Origin: Mobula hypostoma
Lineage: Eukaryota
NCBI RefSeq assembly: GCF_963921235.1
Contig: NC_086107.1
Span: 109,308,001 to 109,372,000 of the forward strand
Direction of reading: 5' to 3'
Length of the DNA: 64,000 bases
Shown here: piece after piece, positions 50,372 to 61,707 of the stretch
How positions within the stretch are numbered: position 1 is the stretch's first letter
How the letters are laid out: every line of letters starts with the position of its first letter
Made by a program: the position numbers and the translations under genes
Notes under the pieces: generated by a model
Seen by the model: only the letters and a program-made list of their open reading frames with translations
Databases searched by the model: none
Told to the model about the DNA's origin: nothing

Positions 50372-51780
50372 CTATAAGATGTAGGTGCAGAATTAGGCCA
50401 TTGGGCCCATCGTGTCTGTTCTGCCATTTTATCGTGGCTGATCCAATTTTCCTCTCAGCCCCAATCCCCCCGTATCCCTTCATGCCCTGACTAATCAAGA
50501 ATCTATCAACCTCTGCCTTAAATATGCCAAATGACTTGGCCTCCACAGCTGCCTGTGGCAAAGAACTCCAGATTTACTTCTCTCCCGCGAAAGAAATTCC
50601 GCCTCACCTCCTTTCTAAAAGTATGTCCCTCTATTCTGAGGCGGTGTCCTCTGATCTTGGACTCTCCCACCGTAGGAAACACCCTCTCCATATCCACTCT
50701 ATCAAGGCCTTTCACCATTCAATAGATTTAAATGAGATCACCCCTCATTCTTCTGAATTCGAGTGAATACAGGCCCAGAGCCATCAAACACTCTTCATAT
50801 GACAAACCATTCAACCCTAGATTCATTTTTGTGAACCTCCTTTGAACCCGCTCCAGTTTCAGCACTTCCTTTCTGAGATAAGGAGCCCACAACTGCTCAC
50901 AATACTCTAAGTGAGGCCTCACCAGTGCTTTATAAAGTCTCAACATTACATCCTTGCTTTCATATTCTGGTCCTCTTTAAATGAATGCTAACATCGCATT
51001 TGCCTTCCTCACCACAGACTCAACCTGCAAATTAACCTTTAGGGAATCCTGGACAAGGACTCCCAAGTCCCTTTGCATGTCAGTCTTTAGTATTTTCTCT
51101 CCATTTAGAAAAAAAAGCAACCCTGTCACTTCTTCTACCAAAGTGCATTACCATGCACTCCCCAACACTGTATTCCATCTGCCATTTCTTTGCCCATTCT
51201 CCTAATCTTTTTAAGTGATGCCCCTCTACCTATCTTCATATTGTCTGCAAACTTTGCAACAGGCCATCAATTCCATCATCCAAATCATTGACATAGAACA
51301 TAAAAAGAATTGGTCCTAACGCAGATCCCTGTGGAACACTACTAGTCACCGGCAGCCAACTGGAAAAAGCTCCCTTTACCCCCGACTCTTTGCCTCTGGC
51401 CGATCAGCCACTGCTTTATCCATACTAGAATCTTCCCTATAATACCATGGGCTGATACATTGTTAAGCAGCCTCATGTTTGGCATCTTGTCAAAGGCCAT
51501 TTGAAAATCCAAGTTCACAGCGTCAGCCAATTCTTCTTTGTCTATCCTGCTTCTTATTTCTTCTAAGAATTACAATAGATTTATCAGACAAGATTTTCCC
51601 TTGAGGAAACCATGCTGACTATGGCTTATTTTATCATGTGCCTCCAAGTATCCTGAAACCTCATCCTTAATAATCAACTCCAACATCTTCCCAACCACTG
51701 AGGTCGGACTAACTGGCCTATAGTTTCCTTTCTTCTGCCTCTCCTCTCTTGAAGAGTGGAGTGACATTGGCAATTTACCA
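50372..51780 (-). mobile_element. CR1 LINE fragment, longest in window (RT to 3' tail, disrupted)
   Basis: 'NYRPVSPTSVVGKMLE', 'QHGFLKGKSCL', 'LDFQMAFDK', 'LVRPHLEYC', 'RRMRGDLI' motifs. Confidence 0.9.
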
Positions 51781-51957
51781 GTGATGGGACAGAGTAGAGG
51801 GAGCTTCACTCTGTATCTAACTTGTCCCTGTCCTGGGAGTGTGTGATGGGACAATGTAGAGGGAGGTTCACTCTATGTCTAACTTTTCACTGCCCTGGGA
51901 GTGTGTGATGGGACAGTGTAGAGGGAGCTTCGCTCTGTATCTAACCCATGCTGTACC
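51781..51957. repeat. 62-bp tandem repeat, ~3 units; degenerate unit at ~52110-52200
   Basis: GTGATGGGACA recurs at 51781, 51843 and 51905. Confidence 0.85.
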
Positions 51958-52963
51958 ACTCTGTTTAATTTGAAGTATACTTCCCCTGCTTGTTTTCTTC
52001 ACTACAGACACTGCCTGACCTGCTGAGTGTGTCCAACATTTTCGGATTTTATTTCAGATTTCCTCCAGCTGCAGCTTTTTGATATGATTTTCGTTTTCTC
52101 TCTTTTATCCTGTGCTGTTTCTGACTTGGGAATGTTTGATGGTTCAGTGGAGGGAGGCGCATTTACTCCACATCTAACCTGTCCCACTCGGGAGTGCCCT
52201 GGAGGTACTTGATGCCAGGATGTGTCTTGGTGTGGCACATACAACAGGATGAGGAGTAAACTTTGACCCTAAGAGTGCATTCGTTGCTATGGTAGAAATA
52301 TAAATAAATTGATTAGTGTAAACAATTCGCTTCTACAAAATCATGGGTTTGATCACAAGGAAAGGTAAAGAAAACAAGTATCATTACATCAGCTTAACAA
52401 ACCTTCTGGAGCTCGGGGATCATTTCTGGCACCATTCTGTAAGGAGTCTGTGGAATGTGTGGGTTTGCACCGGTTTCCTACAGTTCAAAGACGTACTGGG
52501 TGGGTTAACTGGTCATTGTAAATTGTCCCGTGATTAGGTTGGGGTAAACCGGGGTTGTCAAGGGTAACGGGGGGTGGCACGGCTTGAAGGGCCTGAAAGG
52601 CCTACCCTGTCCTGTATCACTAAATAAATGGCCAATAATGAGAAAATTAGATGTTAAAATATTTGTGTTTGTTAAAGAAAAGTGACCCGGCTGGTGGTGT
52701 AGTGGCATCAGCGTCAGACTTCGGGACGAAAGGTCCCGAGTTCGAATCCAGCCGGCTCCCCTGCACGCTTTCCGTCTGTGCTGGGTTACGAGCTGGTGAT
52801 CCCTTTGGAAACTCACCCGGCGGAAGGCAATGGCGCAGTTCCCCACTATGTCAGAGAGGTGTGGAAGTATTCTAGTGATTAAAATTAGAAAACATAGAAT
52901 GCAGGTGAATTCAATTGTCATATCTCTATGAATCATGGTTACCCATCTTCCTCTCTGGGATAG

Positions 52964-53045
52964 GTGCACTGAAGTCTTACCTCCGTGAATTACCTCAGCC
53001 GCTCATGACGTTTGACCTTTACGATGAATGGTTTCAAGCTGCCAG
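52964..53045 (+). CDS. SH3BP1: SH3BP1-like exon 12 (GALKSYLRELPQPLMTFDLYDEWFQAA)
   Basis: TAG acceptor, AG|GTAGG donor, 82 nt; RhoGAP 'LKxYLRELPxPL' motif. Confidence 0.96.
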
Positions 53046-53584
53046 GTAGGTGATGGCACGTTCGTCACTGGAATCAGTCGTGGAATGCGTTGCTTTGTGG
53101 CAGCAGTACGGTGCGGGCGCGCCAAGTGAAAGTCAGTTACAATAAAAATAAGTACATAATGCAAAAGAGAAACAGTGAGGTAGTGTTCATGGGTTCAATG
53201 TCCGTTCAGGAATCTGATGGCAGAGGAACAGGAACTGTTCCTGAATCGTTGAGTGTGTGCCTTCAGGTTCCTGTACCTCCTCTCCGGTGGTAGTAATGAG
53301 AACAGGGCACGTCCTGGATGTTGAGGGTCCTGAATGATGGATGCCCCCCTCCTGAGGCACCGGCGCTTGAAGATGTCCTCGATGGTGTGTAGGCTTTGGC
53401 CGATGACGAAGCTGGCTGCATAGTAACCACCTGAAACCTATTAAGTTTCTGTGAATTGGTGTCTCCTTAAATGGTGATGAAACCAGTGAGAATTTTATAG
53501 TTCTGTGCAGCGTGTTTACCTTTTATAGTTCCTTTCAATCCCTTTTCCTCCAGTACCACAGCTGGAACCTCCTCAAAGGTAAAA

Positions 53585-54826
53585 GAGTTGAGTTGAGCTG
53601 TTCTCCGATCTTGGCGACTTACTTGCAAGCGTTTCATCACCGCGCGAGGAGACATCGACAGTGCGCTGTTGATCGTGACGTGCCCTTCGAATGCTTGGCC
53701 TTGATATACTTTTCAATCAGCTGATTGGTCGTCATTTCGGAAACTCAGTTGCGACTTGGGGAGGAAATCTCATCGTTGATTGGCTGCGTGGCAAACTTTG
53801 TGCCTTGTGGTCTGGAATTTTGCCCACATCGGCTCGTAAGTAAGGATCAAGGTCTACGTGTCTGTTTACAGAATTGTTTGCGGAAAACCACACTTCCAGG
53901 AATTCTCTTCCATGCCCTGTGTTTGCTTGCGCCATGACTTTCACTGATGCCCAGTCAAATTTGTGTCCCTCTCGATCTCTATGGGTAGAGACAAGGGAGA
54001 GTTGGCCATGACGCTTTACAGCCAGTTGACGTTAATGGATCCCTGTGCATAGATTTCTCCCAGTTTGGCCGACGTAATATATGCTGCATTGGGTTTTGTA
54101 GACATTGGTCTCATCCAATAGCCTATTTCAGTCTTCTAGTCTGCAAAGTACTCTCCTCAATGTTGCTGTTAGCTTATGCACAACTGAAATTCTATGTTCT
54201 TGGAGCAGTCAGGCCGTCATTTCACACAACACACCCACAACCAATCAGCGATGAGAATTCCTCCTCACGTCACAACTGAGTTTCTGAAATAACAACCAAT
54301 CAGCTGATTGAAAAGTAGATAAAGGCCAAGCAGGTAGGTTGACAGGTATCTAAGTAGCCAGGGCATCAAAGGTTATGGTGAGAAGGCGGGGGAGTGGGTC
54401 TAAATAGGAGAATGGATCAGCTCATGATAAAATGGTGGAGCAGACTCGATGAGCCGAATGGCCGACTTCTGCTCCTTTGTCTTATGGTCTAAGCATTCCA
54501 AGGACACATTGCCCACATCTGGGGAATATGTTGTCACAAGTGGCCAAGTCATTGGGTGCATTTAAGGCAGAGGTAGACAGGCTCTTGATTAACCAGGGCA
54601 TCAAAGAGTATGGGGAGAAGGCAGGGGAGTGGGGATGACTGGAAGAATTGGATCAGCCATGATTGAATGGCAGAGCAGTCTCGATGGGCTGAATGGCTTA
54701 CTTCTGCTCCTATATCTTATGGTCTTATGGACACACCACAATAACAGCACACTGACAATATTTCCTCATATGGTGATGAAACATTTGCAAGTACATTGCC
54801 AAGATTGGAGAACGACTCAACCCAAC
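53585..54826 (-). mobile_element. PLE family 2 fold-back element with GIY-YIG remnant
   Basis: Minus strand ~54080-53845 reads 'YYVGQTGRNL..IH*RQLAVKRH...GHKFDWASVKVMAQANTGHGREFLEVWFS'; inverted arms; CR1 tails inserted in right arm. Confidence 0.72.
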
Positions 54827-55567
54827 CAGAGCTACACATTTTCAGAATTATTTCTAGGTAATGCAGTGGCCTACAACCAAAGCCAACCACTGGGTGATAT
54901 CTGGGCTTGTATTCTGATCTCTGATTGGCTCCCTAAGGAGTAGACTGTTCTGTGTAGATGAATCACATTGGTGGACAAGTCTGCCCACCTGACCCACATT
55001 GCCTCCACCTATGGAGGCAGGAAGATCACGCAGTCTGCCACATTTAGAATACTGCGTCCATCTCTGATTGCTGCACTTTGGGAATGCAAAGGGCCAAGAA
55101 GATTGCTGGAAAGGTTCTGGAGGTACTGTGCATTAGAACATTGTTTCTAATCTGATCAACTAACATTGCTTACTTTGCAACAGAGGCGGCCGAGTGGAGA
55201 CTTAAGCATGTAAAATAAGAAGGGGCTTAGTGCAAATGAGAAGAACCCGTTTTCTGTAGAAGGGTTTGAAAAGCAGATGCATAGAACCCAAGTGATGGGC
55301 GGGAGGATTACAGGGGAGATGACGAGAAATATTTCACCCAGAATGTGGTGGGTCTGGAACTCGGTGTCTGAAAGGGTGGTGAAGGCAGGGACCCTCGTCA
55401 CCTTGAGGCAGTACTTGGCTAAGGTACTGGAGAGAGGTCTGGGCACATTGCATCGCACACAGGAGTTGGGATGCTATTTTGAAGTTGTATATGACATTGT
55501 GCATATGTGTATGGCTGAATTTGGAGTATCGTGTGCAGTGCTGCTCACCTAACTACAGAAAAAATTA

Positions 55568-56149
55568 CAGACATCCCACTTTTCCCGGAAGTTCCGGGAG
55601 TCACCTGCATATTGATAGTGGCTCCCTGATGCCCGCAAATTATATACAGTATCCCGGAAATCAATTTTTTTGAGAGTGAGCAAGTGAGAGAAAGCAAGAG
55701 AAGAACGCGAGAGTGACCATGAGAGAGAGAGAGAGCGCATGCGAGAGAGAGCGAGAGCAAGCAAGCGAGAGCGTGTGTGAGAGAGAGAGCGCACGCCATG
55801 GCAGAATGGTCCAAAAAAAGAAAATATAAAACGTACGTCACCCCAGACTACACTAACGTGTACCCCTACCTAATAGGGGTCAAAATAATGACAGTGTTGC
55901 TCACTGCACTGTTTGCAACAGTGACTTTTCTATTGCCCGTGGTGGGTTAAGACTGTAAAAGACATGTTGAGGTGAGTTTAACAGGTGTCATTCGTTCATT
56001 AGCATAGCTAACGTTATTTAAACTAGCTGGCCAGCTGCTCAGGAGCTACTCTATTGCAGACATCCCACCTCTCCCAGAAGTTCCAGGAGTCTCCTGCAAA
56101 TTGATGGTGCTACCTCCCTGAAATGAGTTTTTGCAGGGTGGGGTGTCTG
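55568..56149. mobile_element. MITE (hAT-like) inserted in CR1
   Basis: TIRs CAGACATCCCAC / GTGGGGTGTCTG; AAATTA on both flanks; CR1 resumes after it. Confidence 0.65.
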
Positions 56150-56934
56150 AAATTATAAAGTGTGTAAGAGTGCAGAGAAAATTAAAAGGATGTCACAGGA
56201 ATTTGAGGACCTGAATTATGGAGAAAAGTTGAATAAGTTAGGACTTTATACACAGCAGTGCAGAAGAAAGAGAGAAGCTCTTAAAGACCAGGGGTTCCCA
56301 ACCTTCTTTATGCCTTGGACCCCTGCCCTTAACCAAGGGGTCCGTGGACCCCAGGTTGGGAATATACAGAATTATGATGGGTATATTGATAGGGTGAATG
56401 CTTGCAGGCTTTTCCTCCTCACATTGGGTGAGACTAGAGCTGGAGGTCATAGGGTTAGCGTGAAAGGTGGAACATTTAAGGGGAACCTGAGGGGGAGCTT
56501 TGCCACTCAGAAGGTGGTGTGAATGTGCTAAAAAGCTTCCAGCACAAGTGTTGGACGCAGGTTCAGTTGCAGCGTCTGGGAGCTGTTTCAATGGTTGAGA
56601 AGGGCATGGAGGACTATTATCCGGGTGCAGGAAGATGGTTCGGGGTGGCACAGACTAGATGGGCTGAAGGGCCTGTTTCTGTGCTGTAGTGCACGATGAC
56701 TCTCTGTTATCTACAAGAGCTCTCTCCTACAGGGTTACAGACCCAGTGCTGGAAGATGGAAGTAGGCTTGGGAGCATAGACTTGATGGGCTGAATAGCCT
56801 CTGTCAACATAGTAAGTAAGCTCTAATGATACAATGAGAAGTTTCAATCAGAGATTTAGAGTGAAGAGGCTGGACTGTTCCACTGAAGCATGAAATTTGC
56901 AAGGAGATTTGATTGGATTATATAAGGTTATTAT

Positions 56935-57472
56935 GTACGCCGGTATGCCTGTTTGTTTATGCAAATATCTAATCAGCCAATCGTGTGGCAGCAACTCAAA
57001 GCATAGAAGCATGCAGACATGGTCAAGAGGTCCAGTTGTTGTTCAGGCCAAACATCAGAATGGGGAAGAAATGTGATCTAAGTGGCTTTGACCGTGGAGT
57101 GATTGTTTGTATCAGACGGGGAGGTTTGAGTGTCTCAGAAACTGCTGATCTCCGGGGAGTTTCACGCCTAACCATCTCTGGAGTTTACAGACAGCGGTGT
57201 GAGAAACAGAAAACACCCAGTGAGCCGCAGCTCTGTGGGTGAAAAGGCCTTGTCAATGAGAGAGGTCAGAGGTGAATGGACAGACTGGTTCAAGCTGACA
57301 GGAAGGTGACAGTAACTCAGATAACCACATGTTACAACAGTGGCGTGCAGAAGAGCAACTCTGAACGTACGACATGTTGAACCTTGAAGTGGATGGGCTA
57401 CAGCCACAAATTTACACTCAGTAGCCACTTGATTAGAAAAGGAGGTACCTAATAAAATGGGCATTGGGTGTA
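56935..57472 (+). mobile_element. Tc1 derivative
   Basis: ORF 56985..57242 'MGKKCDLSGFDRGVIV...LSVSETADL'; terminal TIR hairpin. Confidence 0.8.
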
Positions 57473-57613
57473 CATTGGGGGAAATGGTCCCATTAGTGGC
57501 CGGATCAAAGATCAAACAGAATGGGTTCAAAGTCATGGGCGTAAAATAGAGAGAAGGCGAGTTCCAGGAGAGACTGCTTGCGAACCTCATGCTGTCTACT
57601 TTCCCCTGCGCAG

Positions 57614-57694
57614 TGAGAAAGATCTTCCTAAGCAGATAGAACAGCTGAGAGACGTGTGTGCCAAGATGCCTGCAGAATCCTACAAGAACTTGCG
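57614..57694 (+). CDS. SH3BP1: SH3BP1-like exon 13 (SEKDLPKQIEQLRDVCAKMPAESYKNL-R)
   Basis: GCAG acceptor, CG|GTAAG donor, 81 nt, phase 2/2. Confidence 0.92.
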
Positions 57695-58394
57695 GTAAGG
57701 CCACCCGGGAGAATGGTGAGGGTTGGCGGTTACTCACTTCTGTACGACGATGCCCCGCGCCATGCCCCATCCCGCCCCGCCCTTGGCCAAGAACTGAGTC
57801 GGGGCACAGTGGCCGCTTGATGTATAAAGTGTAAAGAATGAGGAGATAACCAGCTCGGTACTGGGCAAGTGAGCAGAGGCTCAGTGGGTTTAATGGATCG
57901 TCTTAATGTGGTGAGGCGGAAGGGGGGACGTACACGGGCTGGATAGGCAGAAATTCCTGATGTAGACCAGGAGCAACAGGACAGAGAAAGGCCCTTCTGC
58001 CCAATATCCATTCTGACTTACTTATACTTAGCATACATTATCCTGTCCTCTTTCAATTCTTCTTTCATCATCTCTCCCCCTTCCACCTGGCTTCACCTAT
58101 CACCTTCTAGTTTGTACTCCTTTTCCACTCTCCCCCACGTTCTTATTCTGATGTCTTCCCCTTTCCTTTCATGTCTTGATGAAGGGTCTCTGGCCAAAAC
58201 ATCACATCTTGATTCCTCTCCATAGATGCTGCCTGACCTGCTGAGTTCCCCCAGGATTTTGTGTGTGTTCATCTGGGCTTCCAGCATCTGTAGAACCTCC
58301 TTGCCCTCCTTGTATTTATCTTTTAAGTTCTCCCCACATTCTCATCAACACCCACTGGATTCCACCACTCACCTGCGTTCAGGGTGCTTTACAG

Positions 58395-58703
58395 TGGGCA
58401 CGTGGCCAAGTGGTTAAGGCATTGGACTAGCGATCTGAAGGTCATGAGTTCGAGCCCCAGACAAGGCAGCATGTTGTGTCCTTGAGCAAGGCACTTGACC
58501 ACACAGTGCTCTGTGACGACACCGGTGCCAAGCTGTACTAGCCCTTGCCCTTCCCATGGACAACATTGGTGTCGTGGAGAGGGGAGACTTGCAGCATGGA
58601 CAACTGCTGGTCTTCCATACAACCTCGCCCAGGCCTGCGCCCTGGGGAGTGAAGACTTTCCAGGCGCAGATCCATGTTCTCGCAAGACTAACGGATGCCT
58701 TTA
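58395..58703 (+). mobile_element. tRNA-derived SINE (family S, subfamily a)
   Basis: A box TGGCCAAGTGG, B box GAGTTCGAGCC; TSD TTACAG. Confidence 0.85.
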
Positions 58704-60070
58704 TTACAGCGGCCAAGAAGGCTTGGGGGTTTGATGTTTTTGTTGCTGTCTGCACGATTTGTTTTTGCGCAGGTAGGGGTTAGGGTTGGATGTTCTTGTT
58801 GTCTGCACGATTTGTTTTTTGTGTGGGGGGAATTATGTTTTTCTTTGTATGGCTTCCGTGGTTTTCTTTGTTCCGTGGCTGTCTGGAGAAGATGAATCTC
58901 AGAGTTGTATACTGCATGCACACTCCACATAGACAGCACCAAAGATCAGGATTGAACCCGATTCTCAGGCGCACTGAGGCAGGCTCTACCAGCTGTGCCC
59001 TTGTATTAGACAGAGCCCCCCCCCCCATAATGCTGACGACAGAGCGGGGTGGCGAACCTTGGTGAGATCGTGCGCCCAAATTGGCGATGATCGAAAGTTC
59101 TCTTGTATTCTATGGTAATTATCCAAAGAGATTATCGTTGATTAGTGAATAAGTAATTATAATTAAAATAATGAATCTTGGGTCTTATTCATTGTTTAAT
59201 ATGAATAAAACTATTACAGAGACCGATTGAAATAAAATCAAGTGTTTTAGAGAACATTTTCAAAGATTACTAATATTAATCTTTGAAAAAGAGAATGGAA
59301 AAATAACATAATTTTTAAATCACAAACACGAGATCTGCAGATTTGCTGGAAATCCAAAGCAACACACACACAGCAGGCCAGGCAGCATCTATGGAAAAGA
59401 GCAAACAGTGGATGTTTCTGTTCAGGGTCCTTGTTCAGGAACGAGAAAAGGGTCTCACCCTGAAATGTTGACTATTTACACTTTTCCATATTGGCTGCCT
59501 GGCCTCCTGAGTTCCTCCAGCATTTTGTGTGTATAATTTTTAAATAGCAATCCAGGTGCAATTCAATGCTACTAGGCAGAATAATAGTTCAGCATTGACT
59601 AGATGGGCTGAAGGGCCTGTTTTGTGCTTATGTCACTCTATGACTCTATGTTTCTATTGTTTTAGTCATCATCCTTTAAGTACCATGTTGCATGATGTGG
59701 GTGATCATGGTCTACGTGACCATGATTGTTCTTGGCAAATTTTTCTACAAAATTGATTTGTCATCGCCTTCTTCTGGACAGCATCTTTACAAGATGGGTG
59801 ACTGCCAGCTATTATCAATACTCTTCAGAGATTGTCTGCCTGGCGTCAGTGGTCGCTTAACCAGGACTTGTGATATGCACCAGCTGATCATACGACCATC
59901 CACCACCTGCTCCCATGGTTTCATGTGACCCTGATCAGGGGGGCTAAGCAAGTGCTACACCTTGTCCAAGGGTGACCTGCAGGCTAGCGGAGGGAAGGAG
60001 CAGTCTTACACCTCCTTTGGTAGAGACGTATCTCCACCCTGCCACCCAGTTTACATGTAAAATTGTTATT

Positions 60071-60382
60071 GTTTATAGGCATCCGTTAGTCTCATGAGAC
60101 CATGGATTTGCACCTTGCAAGGTTTCCAGGGCGCAGGCCTGGGCAAGGTTGTATGGAAGACCAGCAGTTGCCCATGCTGCAAGTCTCCCCTCTCCACACC
60201 ACCGATGTTGTCCAAGGGAAGGGCATTAGGACCCATACAGCTTGGCACCGGTGTCGTCGCAGAGCAATGTGTGGTTAAGTGCCTTGCTCAAGGACACACA
60301 CACTGCCTCAGCCAAGGCTCGAACTAGCAACCTTCAGATCACTAGACGAACGCCTTAACCACTTGCCCACGCGCCAACAAAG
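60071..60382 (-). mobile_element. tRNA-derived SINE (family S, subfamily b)
   Basis: TSD TTGTTATT (60063-60070 / 60383-60390). Confidence 0.85.
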
Positions 60383-60489
60383 TTGTTATTATACCTCAAA
60401 TAAAACATAAGAAATATGAAAATTGGAATTGTGAGCATTAGTGCAAATTCATAAAAGAGCAAGAAAAGGAGGACTAACACACTTTATTC

Positions 60490-61250
60490 TCGTAAACACA
60501 AGATGCTGGAAATCTTGAGGAACGCACACAAAATGGTGGAGAGATTCGGTTGGTCAGGCAGCATCCATGGTGGGAATAAAGAGTCAATGTTTCGGGCTGA
60601 GACCCTTCATCAGGGCAGTTAGCACAACGCTTTACGGTACAGGCGGCCCAGGTTCAATACCCACCGCTGCCTGTAAGGAGTTTGTACGTTCTCCCCATGA
60701 CCACGTAGGTTTCCTCCAGGTGTTTTGGTTTTGCCCTCACGGTTCAAAGACCTACCGGTTGACAGGTTAATTGGTCATTGTCCCGTGATTAGGCTAGGAT
60801 TAAATCAGGAGATTGGCTCGAAGGGCCAGAAAGGCTTATCTCAATAAATAAATCAGGACTGGAAAGGAAGGGAGGAGCCAGAGTAAGAAGGCGGGGGGAA
60901 GATAAGGCAGGTGATAGGTGAGGCCAGGTGAGGGGGAGGGTGGATGAAGTAAGAACTGGGGCGGGGGGTGTGATGGGTAGAAGAGGTAAAGGGCTGAAGA
61001 AGAAGGAATTGGATAGGAGAGGAGAGTGGACCATGGGAGAAAGGGAAGGAGGAGAGGCACCAGAGGGAGGTGAGGAGAAGAGAAAGGCAAGAGGGGAGCC
61101 AGAATGAGAAATGGGAAAAGAGAGAAGGGGAAGTTACCAGGAGTTAGTGGAAGTTAGAGAAATCAATATTCATACCATCAGGTTGGAGGCTAATCAAGCA
61201 GAATATGAGGTGTTGCTTCATTGTGACTTTGGCATCACTGTGGCAGTAGA
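60490..61250 (-). mobile_element. PLE family 1 fragment interrupted by a V-SINE (~60615-60852)
   Basis: ORF 61144..61356 ends 'SLQPDGMNIDFSNFH'; ATCAGG duplicated around the SINE at the hammerhead edge. Confidence 0.7.
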
Positions 61251-61593
61251 CTTTTATTCTCATTGTGCCATATGCTAACAAAATGTTTGCATGTGCCATT
61301 TTGGGCCAGTGTGCTGTAGGTTTGCCATCCCTGTGAGGGTATGGTTTGGGAATCACTCTTACTCCTTCTAATAGAATCCACTACAAATGGGACACAAGGA
61401 GAAAGTCACAGTTCTGTAACCCACCTTCTAACCAAACTCGCCCACGAAAACCACACCCACTTTTGTACAGAGTCACCTTACTTGTTTTGTGATGCCTCAC
61501 ACAGTTAAATAGCTCACCACCAAAGGCAACCCCAGTTGGCTGACTATCTATCTCAAGAGAAAATAAATCTCTATGTTTTGTTTGGAAAACCAG

Positions 61594-61707
61594 GTATCTC
61601 ATTAAATTTTTGGCGAAATTGGCCGAATACCGGGATGTGAACAAAATGACGCCCAGCAACATTGCCATTGTGCTAGGGCCAAATCTTCTCTGGCCCAGGA
61701 ATGAAGG
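61594..61707 (+). CDS. SH3BP1: SH3BP1-like exon 14 (YLIKFLAKLAEYRDVNKMTPSNIAIVLGPNLLWPRNE-G)
   Basis: CAG acceptor, GG|GTAGG donor, 114 nt; RhoGAP 'NKMTPSNIAIVLGPNLL' motif. Confidence 0.96.

Noticed and set aside
51781..51957. CRISPR-like regular repeats
   Set aside because: Contiguous 62-bp units with no unique spacers, no cas genes, eukaryotic context
52689..52760. tRNA-like sequence with A and B boxes (also ~37724-37790)
   Set aside because: Two copies share a downstream non-tRNA body and lack a clean cloverleaf; a SINE head, not a tRNA gene
57168..57770. 200-aa minus-strand ORF
   Set aside because: Antisense to exon 13 plus a Tc1 remnant; no independent coding signature
58395..58470. 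tRNA-like head GGCACGTGGCCAAGTGGTTAAGG
   Set aside because: Part of a five-copy SINE with TSDs
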